Counted from the stretch's first letter, positions 12,312-22,374 are shown. The stretch is DNA of 47,453 nucleotides from an uncultured Campylobacter sp. (GCF_938045465.1 NZ_CALIBF010000034.1:1-47453); one strand, 5' to 3'. Made by a program: numbers and translations. The notes: a model not told the origin generated them from the sequence alone.

Positions 12312-13543
12312 TAAGCTCAAATTTAGTCGAACAAATTTTTAAATCCGCAAGCATTAGTCGCTGGAATGATTACCCAAAGATGGTGAGTTTAGTCGAGCTC
12401 GACAAGCAGGCGCATAAATTTATTATCGCTTATTTTATCGCTAGCTTTGAGCGCGACGTGGATATCAACTACGTCATCGAAGCGGGGATTTTCGAGTTTT
12501 TAGCGCGTATCGTAGTAACCGACATCCGTCCGGACGTCTTTCATCAGATCCAAAAAACCAAGAAAAAAAAGATCAACGAATGGGTTCTAAGTGTCCTGGA
12601 AAGCGATCTTTTGCCTATTCAAAATGGCGAGTTTTTAGATCGATTTAAAAAATATCTAAATTCCAAAGATCATAAGAAAGAAGCCGTAATCTTAAAGGCG
12701 GCAAGTTACCTTTCTACGCGATGGGAATTTAACATCGTCTATCAAACGAGCCAGTTTTTAAATGACATCGAGGAGTTAAAAGCCAAGGTCGAGGAGGAGC
12801 TCGAGGATTATTACGAACTCATCGGCGTGCGAAAGATCGTGATGAATAAAAAGCTCGCCCGTATAGTCGATCTTAGCGGCAGACTTCGTTTTCAAAGACG
12901 CTGGGCGCAGACGCCGCGCATCCCTGAGACATCGGTGCTAGGGCACATGCTGGTAGTTGCAATTTTAAGTTACTTTTTCTCACTTGAAGTTGGTGCGTGC
13001 CGCTCGCGCACGGCGTATAATTTTTTCTGCGCGTTATTTCACGATCTACCAGAAAGTCTAACTCGCGACATTATTAGCCCCGTAAAATACGGCGTCAAGG
13101 GCCTTAGCGACATCATCGGCGAATATGAGATGCGGCTAATAGACGATAAAATTTTACCCTTCGTGCCGGAACATATGCGAGATGATTTTAGCTATATTTT
13201 AGGCATCCGCAAAGAGGGTGGTAAATTTATAAAAGATGAGTTTGAAAACCGCACCTTCGAGCTAGGCAAGGAGCCTAAATTTGCAGAAGGTAGCCTAAAG
13301 ATGTTTAACGAAGATAAATTTCGCGCAATCGACGGCAAGGCGCTTAAGTATTGCGACAAACTGGCGGCGTTTTTTGAGGCGGGGATTTCGATTAGCTACG
13401 GCGTAAAGAGCAAGGAGTTGCTTAGCGGGTATAATTCGATGCTAGAGTTTTTCAAAGCCAAGCCAAAAATCGAAGGCGTCGATTTTCAGAGTGTTTGCGA
13501 GGATTTCAAAGAGCATTTCGGGCTTAATAGGATCGATTTGTAA
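12308..13543 (+). CDS. HD-domain protein
   Basis: RWAQ, ETSVLGH, LFHDLPE, CDKL. Confidence 0.85.
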   Translation: MISSNLVEQIFKSASISRWNDYPKMVSLVELDKQAHKFIIAYFIASFERDVDINYVIEAGIFEFLARIVVTDIRPDVFHQIQKTKKKKINEWVLSVLESDLLPIQNGEFLDRFKKYLNSKDHKKEAVILKAASYLSTRWEFNIVYQTSQFLNDIEELKAKVEEELEDYYELIGVRKIVMNKKLARIVDLSGRLRFQRRWAQTPRIPETSVLGHMLVVAILSYFFSLEVGACRSRTAYNFFCALFHDLPESLTRDIISPVKYGVKGLSDIIGEYEMRLIDDKILPFVPEHMRDDFSYILGIRKEGGKFIKDEFENRTFELGKEPKFAEGSLKMFNEDKFRAIDGKALKYCDKLAAFFEAGISISYGVKSKELLSGYNSMLEFFKAKPKIEGVDFQSVCEDFKEHFGLNRIDL

Positions 13544-13546
13544 AAC

Positions 13547-13648
13547 CCCTTCCCAGATGGCTGCGGCACATGCGAGATCTAAGTGCTCTGCTGTATTCCT
13601 ACCCTGAAGCGGTGCCTAAAAAAAGCATTGCACAGGTCTAAGAAAGGG
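13547..13648 (-). ncRNA. ffs: signal recognition particle RNA (4.5S)
   Basis: Minus strand carries the helix-8-like core TCAGGGTAGGAATACAGCAG; ends pair (CCCTTTCTTAGA/TCTGGGAAGGG); TATAAT -10 at 13662-13657. Confidence 0.9.
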
Positions 13649-13691
13649 CAAACGGGATTATATGGAAATGTTTCTTAAAGTAAGGTTATAA

Positions 13692-14111
13692 ATGAATTTC
13701 AAAAATCATCTTTTATCCGTATTTCGCGAGGTCTTTATCCCTCATCATCGCTCTATCGAGTTTAGAGCTAAAATTTTTGCCGCGATGCTACTTGCTAAAA
13801 AAAAGCAGACCGACGAGGATTATGATGCGATCAAAGATATAGCTGGCGAAATTTACGTAGGCGACGAGCAGCGCATCGGCGTGCTGGTCTCCATCGTAAA
13901 AGAGTATATCTTAAAGGCAAAGACCTATAAAAGCCTAAATTTAGACTCGCTTCTAAAAGAGATCGACAGAGATATCAAAAATAACAAAAAATATATCAAA
14001 AAGATTGATTTTTCACATCTTCGCCGTCTGATTAGCGACGATGACGAGGACGCGTTGATCCAACAGCGCGTGTATGAGTTTTTTGTCTGCGAAGTCAAAG
14101 AGTACTCGTAA
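13692..14111 (+). CDS. hypothetical protein
   Basis: 139-aa ORF with host-like codon use; AAGG RBS. Confidence 0.75.
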   Translation: MNFKNHLLSVFREVFIPHHRSIEFRAKIFAAMLLAKKKQTDEDYDAIKDIAGEIYVGDEQRIGVLVSIVKEYILKAKTYKSLNLDSLLKEIDRDIKNNKKYIKKIDFSHLRRLISDDDEDALIQQRVYEFFVCEVKEYS

Positions 14112-14175
14112 ATTTTTATCTTAAGAATTTTTTTAGTATAATCATCAGTTTTTGAAATTATAAACGGAGAGAAAT

Positions 14176-15978
14176 TTGGAAAATATCAGAAATATCGCGG
14201 TTATCGCGCACGTTGATCACGGCAAGACCACTATCGTAGATGAGCTTTTAAAACAGTCCGGCACCTTTGGTAATCACCAAGAAGTCGGCGAGCGCGTGAT
14301 GGACAGCAACGACATAGAGCGCGAGCGAGGTATTACGATCCTATCCAAAAACACCGCCATCCACTACGGCGGCGTTAAAATCAACATTATCGACACTCCG
14401 GGCCACGCCGATTTCGGCGGCGAGGTCGAGCGCGTGCTAAAGATGGTCGACGGCGTGCTTTTGCTCGTCGATGCGCAAGAAGGCGTTATGCCGCAGACAA
14501 AATTTGTCGTGAAAAAGGCGCTATCTTTGGGGCTCAGGCCGATCGTAGTCGTAAATAAAATCGATAAGCCCGCAGCCGATCCGGACCGCGTAGTAAATGA
14601 AATTTTCGATCTTTTCGTAGCGCTTGACGCAAACGACGAGCAGCTTGAGTTCCCCGTCATCTATGCCGCGGCTAAAAACGGCTATGCAAAATACGATTTA
14701 AGCGATGAGAGCACCGATATGAAGCCGCTTTTTGAGACGATTATCTCTCACGTCCCTACTCCGAGTGGTAGCGACGATAATCCTTTGCAGCTGCAGGTTT
14801 TCACGCTTGATTACGACAACTACGTCGGTAAGATCGGCATCGCTAGAATTTTTAACGGCACGATAAACAAAAACCAAAGCGTTATGCTAGCCAAAGCCGA
14901 CGGTACGCACATCAACGGCAGAATTTCAAAACTCATCGGCTTTAACGGGCTTGAGCGCGCCGACATTGACGCGGCGGGCACCGGCGACATCGTGGCGATC
15001 GCGGGCTTTGACGCGCTTGACGTAGGCGATAGCATCGTCGATCCCAATAACCCGATCCCGCTTGATGCGCTGCATATCGAAGAGCCGACCCTTAGCGTAA
15101 TTTTTAGTGTAAATGACGGACCGCTAGCCGGCACGGAGGGCAAATTCGTAACCTCAAATAAGATCGACGAGCGCTTAGAAGCGGAGATGAAAACTAACAT
15201 CGCGATGCGCTATGAAAACGCGGGCGAGGGCAAATTTAAAGTAAGCGGTCGCGGCGAGCTGCAGATCACGATTTTGGCCGAGAATATGCGCCGCGAGGGC
15301 TTTGAGTTTTGCCTCGGGCGCCCGGAAGTTATCATCAAAGAGATCGACGGCATCAAATGCGAGCCTTTCGAGCATCTAGTTATCGACGCGCCCGATGATT
15401 GCACCGGCACCGTCATCGAAAAGCTCGGTCGCAAAAAGGCCGAGATGAAGGTGATGAACCCTACCGGCGACGGACAGACGCGTATGGAGTTTGAGATCCC
15501 GGCGCGCGGTCTTATCGGCTTTCGCTCGCAGTTTTTGACCGATACTCGAGGCGAAGGCGTGATGAACCATAGCTTTTTGGAATTCCGCCCTTTCATCGGC
15601 GCGGTCGAGAAGCGACAAAACGGCGCGCTCGTGAGTATGGAAAACGGAGTGGCGCTAGGATACAGCCTGTGGAACCTGCAAGATCGCGGCGTGCTTTTTA
15701 TCGCTCCGCAGGCAAAGGTCTATCTAGGCATGATCATCGGCGAGCACAGCCGCCCGAACGATCTGGACGTTAATCCGATCAAGGGCAAAAATTTAACCAA
15801 CGTCCGCGCGAGCGGCAGCGACGATGCGATCAAGCTCGTGCCGCCGCGTGCGCTAAATTTAGAGCGCGCGCTGGAGTGGATCGAAGAGGACGAGCTTGTG
15901 GAGGTTACGCCCGTAAATATCCGCGTGCGTAAGCGATACCTGGACCCTACGACGCGCAGACGAATGGCTAAAAAATAG
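14176..15978 (+). CDS. typA: translational GTPase TypA/BipA
   Basis: [39 protein letters not shown] start with GGAG RBS; TATAAT 14137-14142. Confidence 0.99.
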   Translation: MENIRNIAVIAHVDHGKTTIVDELLKQSGTFGNHQEVGERVMDSNDIERERGITILSKNTAIHYGGVKINIIDTPGHADFGGEVERVLKMVDGVLLLVDAQEGVMPQTKFVVKKALSLGLRPIVVVNKIDKPAADPDRVVNEIFDLFVALDANDEQLEFPVIYAAAKNGYAKYDLSDESTDMKPLFETIISHVPTPSGSDDNPLQLQVFTLDYDNYVGKIGIARIFNGTINKNQSVMLAKADGTHINGRISKLIGFNGLERADIDAAGTGDIVAIAGFDALDVGDSIVDPNNPIPLDALHIEEPTLSVIFSVNDGPLAGTEGKFVTSNKIDERLEAEMKTNIAMRYENAGEGKFKVSGRGELQITILAENMRREGFEFCLGRPEVIIKEIDGIKCEPFEHLVIDAPDDCTGTVIEKLGRKKAEMKVMNPTGDGQTRMEFEIPARGLIGFRSQFLTDTRGEGVMNHSFLEFRPFIGAVEKRQNGALVSMENGVALGYSLWNLQDRGVLFIAPQAKVYLGMIIGEHSRPNDLDVNPIKGKNLTNVRASGSDDAIKLVPPRALNLERALEWIEEDELVEVTPVNIRVRKRYLDPTTRRRMAKK

Positions 15979-16016
15979 AATTTCAAAATGAAATTTTAAA
16001 ATTCGGCGTGAAATTT

Positions 16017-16110
16017 TGTAAAACCGCTTTTCAAATCAAAGTGAATTTACGCTTAAAATCAAAGTGGAGTAAATTCGGCGGTTTTCCACTTTGATTTGAA
16101 ACGTAAATTT
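16017..16110. repeat. prophage end: three transposase-binding sites (two direct, one inverted)
   Basis: AAATCAAAGTG at 16033-16043 and 16056-16066, inverted at 16087-16097; terminal TG at 16017. Confidence 0.85.
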
Positions 16111-16174
16111 TTATTTTAAAACGGCTTTTTAAATACCCTTTAAAAGTTTAATATATTTGAGTTTAAAAAAGAAT

Positions 16175-17047
16175 TTAGTAGAGATTTATCGAGCGATCGA
16201 TTTTCATATGTTCGTTTTGTAGAAACCGGGCATACACCTTGATCGTCATATCCAAATTTGCGTGACCGAGGATTTGAGATACCCATTTCAGTGGGATTTC
16301 GCCCCTTACCGCGCGCTCTACCATATGGGTTGCGAATGTGTGGCGGGTGTGTCTGGCGCTTCGGTATGGGATACCGCATTCAGCTAGAAATTTACGCCAC
16401 CTGCCGTTGCCGAAAAGCGACGTAGAGCCGAAAAGATGATCTCCCCTTTCCGAAAAGACCCACTCGCAATCCCGATCCTCTTTAAGCCGGGCGATGTATG
16501 GCAGCAGCGGCGTAAATATAGGCACGATCCTATCCTCTCCGGTTTTGGTGCGAGGTTTAACAAGCCCGTCCGTGAGGCTCTTGCTGATCGATATACTCAT
16601 AGCCTCCATATCTATATCATCCCAGCGCAGAGCCAAAATTTCGCAGCATCGCGCGCCCGTATAGAACGCAAAAGCAAGAAAACTCTCAAGCCGCCCGCTA
16701 GCCTTTGAAAGCATCAGATCTACTTCCTCCGCCGAGAACGGATCTGTTTTGCTGCGCGGGATCTTCGGATATTTTGCGCCCACAAATGGGTTTTTTACAA
16801 GTTTTCCAGCCTCTACTGCTTGCTCGCAGGCTCTACGCCAGCACAGCACGACGCGCTTGATAGTGCTCGGGGCTAGACCTTCCTCAAGCCCCGCCAGCCA
16901 CTTTTGAATATCCACTTTCTTGATGCAGGCGGCATCTTTCGGCAGATATTTCGTATGTGAGAACGCGAACTTTTGCTTGCGGCCCTGTTCAAAATTTATC
17001 TGCCCGAGATCTTCGAGATAGTCTCGGGCTATAGTTGTGAGGGTCAT
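16175..17047 (-). CDS. tyrosine recombinase/integrase (core-binding and catalytic domains)
   Basis: YTGARCCE (R), KTG (K), RHTRHTFAT, ILGH, KVYA (Y). Confidence 0.93.
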   Translation of the reverse strand: MTLTTIARDYLEDLGQINFEQGRKQKFAFSHTKYLPKDAACIKKVDIQKWLAGLEEGLAPSTIKRVVLCWRRACEQAVEAGKLVKNPFVGAKYPKIPRSKTDPFSAEEVDLMLSKASGRLESFLAFAFYTGARCCEILALRWDDIDMEAMSISISKSLTDGLVKPRTKTGEDRIVPIFTPLLPYIARLKEDRDCEWVFSERGDHLFGSTSLFGNGRWRKFLAECGIPYRSARHTRHTFATHMVERAVRGEIPLKWVSQILGHANLDMTIKVYARFLQNEHMKIDRSINLY

Positions 17048-17048
17048 A

Positions 17049-17453
17049 TCACGCCTCTTGCACTGCCTTGAGCGACCCGAAACGTTTCAGCTCCAACTCG
17101 CCGCTCTCATTTTTGACGACCATATACCAAACCTTGCTATCGCTTTTCCAGCTGCCGTCATCAAGCCTAGCCTCAAATTTGTCGCCTTCTTTTGCTCTGA
17201 AGGTAAAAGAGGTGTCATAATACTTGTGTTTGCTATCCCAGTTCTTGCCGTTGCAATCGATAAACTCTCTTTGAACTTTGCCGTCCGTAAAGCTGAGGCG
17301 AGCCATATATGCGTGACCGTTTTTTCTAGGGTCTATACTCTCAAACGTCTCGACAATAAACTGTTTGTCCGCTTTGCGGCTCTCTATGATAGCCTTTGCT
17401 TGGGTGATGAGCTCAAGCAATTCTGCGTCCGATAATAAAGCTAGATTTTCCAT
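17049..17453 (-). CDS. hypothetical protein
   Basis: 134-aa ORF translationally coupled to its neighbours. Confidence 0.8.
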   Translation of the reverse strand: MENLALLSDAELLELITQAKAIIESRKADKQFIVETFESIDPRKNGHAYMARLSFTDGKVQREFIDCNGKNWDSKHKYYDTSFTFRAKEGDKFEARLDDGSWKSDSKVWYMVVKNESGELELKRFGSLKAVQEA

Positions 17454-17770
17454 TATTTACCCCTTATTACACGCTCAAGCGCATTGATATCGACATCCAT
17501 ATCGAGCGCGCGTTGATACTCCGCCCGCTTTTCAGCGCTCTTTAGGTTGTGCACGAACCATGAAAAAACCTTTTTGTCGGTATCGTTTAGTCTTATAGCC
17601 TCTCTGTCCTCTGCGGAGAGGATAGTATTGATGAATACTTCGATCCTCTCTAGCGTAGTGTTTGACGGGAAAGTTCCAGTGGTGTCTATGGCACCGTGTA
17701 CGCCGTTTCGCCATCTTGCGATGCCGGAGAGGATCGCGTTTGCTTCGCCTTTGTTGTAGTAGCTTTTCAT
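17453..17770 (-). CDS. hypothetical protein
   Basis: 105-aa ORF with AAGGA RBS. Confidence 0.8.
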   Translation of the reverse strand: MKSYYNKGEANAILSGIARWRNGVHGAIDTTGTFPSNTTLERIEVFINTILSAEDREAIRLNDTDKKVFSWFVHNLKSAEKRAEYQRALDMDVDINALERVIRGK

Positions 17771-17795
17771 TTTTTATCCTTTATGGTATAATAAA

Positions 17796-17885
17796 GGCTC
17801 CTTTGGGAGCAACTTGCGGCGAGATTGTTTTTTTTCATTGGGTCTCGCCGCATCTCTTGAGATTGTATCGTTTCAATCTCTTTTT
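17796..17885 (+). ncRNA. putative antisense small RNA
   Basis: Extended -10 TGGTATAAT 17784-17792 followed by three hairpins and a T5 run. Confidence 0.45.
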
Positions 17886-17909
17886 ATGGCATCATTGTAT
17901 CGTATCAAT
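17862..17909. promoter_or_regulatory. two 16-bp operator-like repeats, one overlapping a leftward -10
   Basis: ATTGTATCGTTTCAAT 17862-17877 and ATTGTATCGTATCAAT 17894-17909; TACAAT on minus strand 17899-17894. Confidence 0.6.
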
Positions 17910-18009
17910 ACTTAAAAACTTCTTAATGATGTATCTTAAAAATACAAAACCTTGATTTTCTTGTATTTTTTTGCTACAATTCCGAAAAATATAATATAGG
18001 TAATGCAAA

Positions 18010-18228
18010 ATGGATAAAGAAAAATTTCAAAAAATGCTGGATGCTGCGGGGCTCAACAAAAAAGAGTTCGCCGAAATTTCTAAAATCCCATACCCGACGG
18101 TGCGCGGCTGGGGATCCACTACGTCGTTTCCTCCATACCTTGAGTTTTTGATCGAAAGCTACGTCAAAAGCCGCAAATTTGACAAAATCAAAGAGATCAT
18201 CAAAGACGAAATAGCCGCGGAGCTTTAG
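18010..18228 (+). CDS. small XRE-like HTH regulator
   Basis: GLNKKEFAEISKIPYPTVRGWG helix-turn-helix; TGCTACAAT promoter 17972-17980. Confidence 0.85.
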   Translation: MDKEKFQKMLDAAGLNKKEFAEISKIPYPTVRGWGSTTSFPPYLEFLIESYVKSRKFDKIKEIIKDEIAAEL

Positions 18229-18302
18229 AATATGGCGTATAGACGGTTAAAGACCGTTTAAAGGGCCTTTAACTGCTTCAACAATACGCAAAAAACCTAC
18301 TG

Positions 18303-18719
18303 CTATTCTTCTATATGATTCACAATTCTCACTGCAAATTCTTGCTCTTTTACGGCAGCAAGTAGCGCGCTCAAAGCCGCACGGGAGTCTTTTACTCCGT
18401 GCGCGCCCAAAGATGAACCCAGTAGCACGCAGCCCTCGGTATTGCGTCCGTTATTGCCCGAATGGATCAATATGCAGCGACTTTTCGGTACTTGATCGTT
18501 CCATAAAAGCGGCAAGCGGGCGCGAAATTTCGGGCTGTCGTGCCAGGCTATTTGATACCTTCCTTGCGGTATGCGTCTATCCATACCACTTTGCGTCGTG
18601 TCGGGGCCCGCAGGCTCGCAGGTATATCCTTTTAGTACCTCTCTTTCACCGTCGCGCAATATGAAGCGTCCTAGTGTCATATCATCAATCTCCTTAAATC
18701 TAACGATTTCTAAGACCAT
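18303..18719 (-). CDS. DUF5675-like (L,D-transpeptidase-like) putative lysin
   Basis: RIPQGRY, ILIHSGN...TEGCVLLG His/Cys motif; AAGGAGG RBS. Confidence 0.75.
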   Translation of the reverse strand: MVLEIVRFKEIDDMTLGRFILRDGEREVLKGYTCEPAGPDTTQSGMDRRIPQGRYQIAWHDSPKFRARLPLLWNDQVPKSRCILIHSGNNGRNTEGCVLLGSSLGAHGVKDSRAALSALLAAVKEQEFAVRIVNHIEE

Positions 18720-18740
18720 AAATCCTCCTTAAATTTTGAT

Positions 18741-18884
18741 TTAAAAGCTAAATTTGTTTATAAATTTGACTTTGTTTACCGCCTCGCCAGTTTTGCGCAC
18801 TAGCACCTTATATCCGCTACCTTGCTTCGGCGTATCGCTTTTTATTTGCGCGCGTATCATATTTTTTATCGTCTGCTTTAGCAT
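18741..18884 (-). CDS. small hypothetical protein (47 aa), not in ORF track
   Basis: MLKQTIKNMIRAQIK...FSF; TAATG overlap with the upstream stop. Confidence 0.6.
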   Translation of the reverse strand: MLKQTIKNMIRAQIKSDTPKQGSGYKVLVRKTGEAVNKVKFINKFSF

Positions 18885-19237
18885 TAAAAATCCCACCTTT
18901 TTGCCGTTATATTTATGAATGCGCCGCTAGCCGTGACGCGAGTCTCTACCGCCGTGACGATAAATCTATCCTCTCCGGGTGCTGCAGGCACGCTATAACG
19001 GGGCATATCTATCTTTATGATATCGCCTATGCGCACACTTTGAAGCGGAGCGCGCAGGCTAACCTCGCTTACGCGCGCGCCGTGGTCCAAAAAATACCTG
19101 CGGGCATAAGCCTCTATGACGCGCTCGTCCTGATCCAAATCGAGCTTTATTTGCCCGTGCAGCTCATCACTTCGGTCAAATATAAACTTCACTGCTCCCC
19201 TGGCGCTTTTTTTCTCACTCCCTTTGATCTGCGTCAT
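18884..19237 (-). CDS. putative tail protein
   Basis: ATG 19237 with GGAGGAG RBS and ATGA overlap; APLQSVRIGDIIKI...FIVTAVE resembles tail-tip hub C-termini. Confidence 0.6.
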   Translation of the reverse strand: MTQIKGSEKKSARGAVKFIFDRSDELHGQIKLDLDQDERVIEAYARRYFLDHGARVSEVSLRAPLQSVRIGDIIKIDMPRYSVPAAPGEDRFIVTAVETRVTASGAFINITAKRWDF

Positions 19238-20394
19238 TTCTCCTCCTCCCAAGAATACCAATACCACTTTTTCAATGCTTCTAAATCGCCTTCTTGCGGA
19301 TGTTCGCCGGTCATATTATAGACATATGCCAGGGCGTTAAATTCGTTTAAAAAGATGTCCGCATAGAGCTTTTCGCGGATCTTTTTATACTGACCGGGGG
19401 CTTGCAACCTAGCAAAGTGCCAATACTCGGGCGGCTTTATAGCCTTCCTTTTAGGGGTTCTGCTTTGCGAAAAAATCCCTATACCCCACCATCTTTCGTA
19501 ATAATTTATGGCTCTATCATCCGCCCATAATACTATCTCGGTCAATTCGTCTTTAAGGGAGATCTCCTCCTTATAGGTATATTCACGGACCCGACGACTA
19601 TCTGGGTAATATTCCGTGTCTAATCCAATATAATATACCTCCATTTTTAGTCTATTTCCCTCTTTGATAAATAGGCTAAGCGCGGTCGTATACCCGGGCA
19701 GTGCAGGACCTTTGAATACATCCTCCCCCTTCCAAACCGAGTGCAGAGAAACTGCGGCTAAAAATTTCTTTTTTAACGCGCGCTTAGCTCTTTCAAAGCC
19801 GAAGGCGTTTTTGATATATTTTTCACTTTTGCCTTGTGGATTTTGGCAGAAAAATAATCTATATTCGTTCAGCATGTTTTTTACGGTTTTGAAGTAATCG
19901 CTTTTTCCTCTTTTGTTTGCAAAATCCAAAAAGGGCGTAGTTTTTGTTTTGCTTCCATCGCTATTAGGAACTGCAAAATATAACTCTCTGCTTAAAGCGA
20001 AGCGAAACATCTCCTTTACGCGGATCTTTTTGCCGTCGTCGCAGAATATCAAAAGCTCATCGTCTCTTACATCATAGGTATCGTGATATTGTTGCTTTCG
20101 GTCAGGATACGCCTGAATCGACACAAAATCTATGATTGAATTATCATTATAAAACGGTACAAATTTTTGATCGTCGAGATAGATGCGATAATCGCCAAGG
20201 GCATAAGTATCATAGCTCTGCCCCACAGGTTTTCTATTGTGTCCGGGCTTTTTACCGCTTAGGGGCACCAGATACGAGCCTTCAAGCGCCTTATAGTATT
20301 TCCTGCTAACCGCGCCATTAATAAGTTCAAGCTTGATCCACTCTTTGGTCTGTCCCCTATATCCGCCATTGCTTTCGTCTGCTATAAACTCCAT
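19234..20394 (-). CDS. hypothetical tail-region protein
   Basis: 386-aa ORF in the tail operon, AT-rich. Confidence 0.7.
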   Translation of the reverse strand: MEFIADESNGGYRGQTKEWIKLELINGAVSRKYYKALEGSYLVPLSGKKPGHNRKPVGQSYDTYALGDYRIYLDDQKFVPFYNDNSIIDFVSIQAYPDRKQQYHDTYDVRDDELLIFCDDGKKIRVKEMFRFALSRELYFAVPNSDGSKTKTTPFLDFANKRGKSDYFKTVKNMLNEYRLFFCQNPQGKSEKYIKNAFGFERAKRALKKKFLAAVSLHSVWKGEDVFKGPALPGYTTALSLFIKEGNRLKMEVYYIGLDTEYYPDSRRVREYTYKEEISLKDELTEIVLWADDRAINYYERWWGIGIFSQSRTPKRKAIKPPEYWHFARLQAPGQYKKIREKLYADIFLNEFNALAYVYNMTGEHPQEGDLEALKKWYWYSWEEEK

Positions 20395-20395
20395 C

Positions 20396-20995
20396 TTAGC
20401 CCCACATTAGTAAAATTCCCATTTGTGCGTAAATCCCGCCGCTATCATCCGTAAGCTCCATATTTATGGGCGTAGGTCTGGAGCAATCTCCTATATCTTT
20501 TAGATGGTATATGCTACTTTTTTCATCGGGTTTCTCGCTGGACCAGCTAGGATTGCCCGCACTATCTACCGCCTCAAGGCGATATGCCTTACCTCTATCA
20601 TTCACAAAAAATAGCGGGGTTTTGAAGCTATGAAGCGTTTTTGTGGGATCGGTAGTATCCGGGGCGCTTGAATACTTTATTAGCTTCAATATCGCTTCGA
20701 TATCTTGCCCGCCCAGCTTCCCGCCCTCGGGTATATAAAGCTTGCCCTGCCATGCGTCTTCGTCGAAGCTCAGTATGGTCGAAAATCTATCTGCTACTAT
20801 GGCACAATAAACCCTAGCGACGGGGTTTGTTGCCTTAGCCCATACCGTAAAGCGACCCCTAGGGCTTGAAGTACCGTTGCTGCGTTTGCGACTAAAAATA
20901 CTAGAGCTTAGGCTAAAGTCTGAATTCATATCTCCTGAATCCATTTTTAGCGCCTTTTCGCAGGCGGCATCTTTGTATAATACTACGTCAGCCAT
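20396..20995 (-). CDS. hypothetical tail-region protein
   Basis: ATG 20995 after AAGGA; N-terminus resembles that of the 22708-23289 product. Confidence 0.7.
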   Translation of the reverse strand: MADVVLYKDAACEKALKMDSGDMNSDFSLSSSIFSRKRSNGTSSPRGRFTVWAKATNPVARVYCAIVADRFSTILSFDEDAWQGKLYIPEGGKLGGQDIEAILKLIKYSSAPDTTDPTKTLHSFKTPLFFVNDRGKAYRLEAVDSAGNPSWSSEKPDEKSSIYHLKDIGDCSRPTPINMELTDDSGGIYAQMGILLMWG

Positions 20996-20997
20996 CT

Positions 20998-22374
20998 TCA
21001 ATCCTTCTTTTGAATTTCATTAAAATCGCAGCTAAATTCGTTTGCGAAATAGCCGATATTCATCGTTTTTTCTAGCTTTTCGTCTAAATATAGCTCTAGT
21101 TTATAAGCTCCGTAATCGCTAAATTTAATCTCCACTTCCCCGAAAGGATCGGCACTAAAGCTTTGCGTGCCGAGCTTAAAGCCGGCATGCGCGATAAGCG
21201 CACTATCTACGTCAAAATCACGCATCAGGCTAAAGGTATGGGTATAGCCTTTAGGATAAAACTTCGTAATCTCGTATTTATGCAAATGATCTATTTGCAA
21301 ATTTTTATACTCCGCTTTGATGCTTAATGCAGAGGGTAGGTCGCGAGCAGGGCATACGAAAAGATAGATATTGCTTTCATAAGCTACCTTTAGCGTTCCA
21401 CTTAGAGGGCTTTCGAAACAAAGCACATTATCTTTATAGATATTGCCCCTCTGCTCTTGCGCTGTTTGGGCGCTAAAGTATATCGGCGTACCGTCAAGGC
21501 TCACGGCGATTAGCTTTTTTATAAAGCCTGTAAGCCTAATGCAGATGTCATCGCTTAGCTCAAACTCCTCCACCGCGCGATAATCCGCGAAAAAAGAGGC
21601 GTTAGGTGCGTTTAGGCTAATATCTTTCGCCTCCCAAGCGGGGGTTGCGAAAATTTTACCTACCGCGCGAAGTGGAGAGATTACGTAAACATCGCCGTTT
21701 TCATCGTCTTTATATCTTAAAACCTCCCTCGGGGTTACCGGATGGGGATCGGGATCGATTACCGCAGTAAGCCCAGCTTCGGAATAGATATCCTCGTTTT
21801 TATCGTTAAAAATTATCGTATCGATATTTTGCGGTGCGCCAAGGCTAAGATTAAAATCTATTACGTTATCCTCGTTAAACTCCATTATGGGCGCAGCCTC
21901 ACGAGTGATATAAAATCTATCGCTTATAAAAATCCCGCGATCGTTCGCCCAAAAACTAAGCCCTATGCTCTCTAGCGCCGAGGCTAGCGACGATACATCC
22001 GAATACGAAAGCCCCGTTAGAGGCGTATCTTGCGGAGCATCGCAAAGAAAGCTTACTTTGCTTTCTAGGGAGGTAAGATCCTTTAGGCTAGATATATTTT
22101 GCGGCAAATGAAGCGGGGTTTTGGCGATTAACTTTTTAAAATTTACGTCTATGCTTAAAACCTCGCTCACCTCAAAGAGACGATCTTCAAAATGCGAGCA
22201 GCTTATTAAAATTTCATCTATTGGGGCGGATAGAGAGGATGAGGCGATTTTCAAAGATGCCGTCGCTTGCAGCTCGCCTTCCTCGCTACAAATGCTAAGC
22301 TCGCTAATGCCCTCAAGCTCGCTTTTTGCGCCATCCCTGAAAGCAAAGACCTTAAAACCGTATTCTACTACCAT
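20998..22374 (-). CDS. putative tail-tip protein
   Basis: 458-aa ORF downstream of tape measure; function from position only. Confidence 0.6.
   Translation of the reverse strand: MVVEYGFKVFAFRDGAKSELEGISELSICSEEGELQATASLKIASSSLSAPIDEILISCSHFEDRLFEVSEVLSIDVNFKKLIAKTPLHLPQNISSLKDLTSLESKVSFLCDAPQDTPLTGLSYSDVSSLASALESIGLSFWANDRGIFISDRFYITREAAPIMEFNEDNVIDFNLSLGAPQNIDTIIFNDKNEDIYSEAGLTAVIDPDPHPVTPREVLRYKDDENGDVYVISPLRAVGKIFATPAWEAKDISLNAPNASFFADYRAVEEFELSDDICIRLTGFIKKLIAVSLDGTPIYFSAQTAQEQRGNIYKDNVLCFESPLSGTLKVAYESNIYLFVCPARDLPSALSIKAEYKNLQIDHLHKYEITKFYPKGYTHTFSLMRDFDVDSALIAHAGFKLGTQSFSADPFGEVEIKFSDYGAYKLELYLDEKLEKTMNIGYFANEFSCDFNEIQKKD

Noticed and set aside
14364..15986. Several antisense ORFs within typA, and similar ones within dnaN and the tape measure, head and terminase genes
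   Set aside because: Shadow frames of strongly supported genes, lacking RBS or motifs
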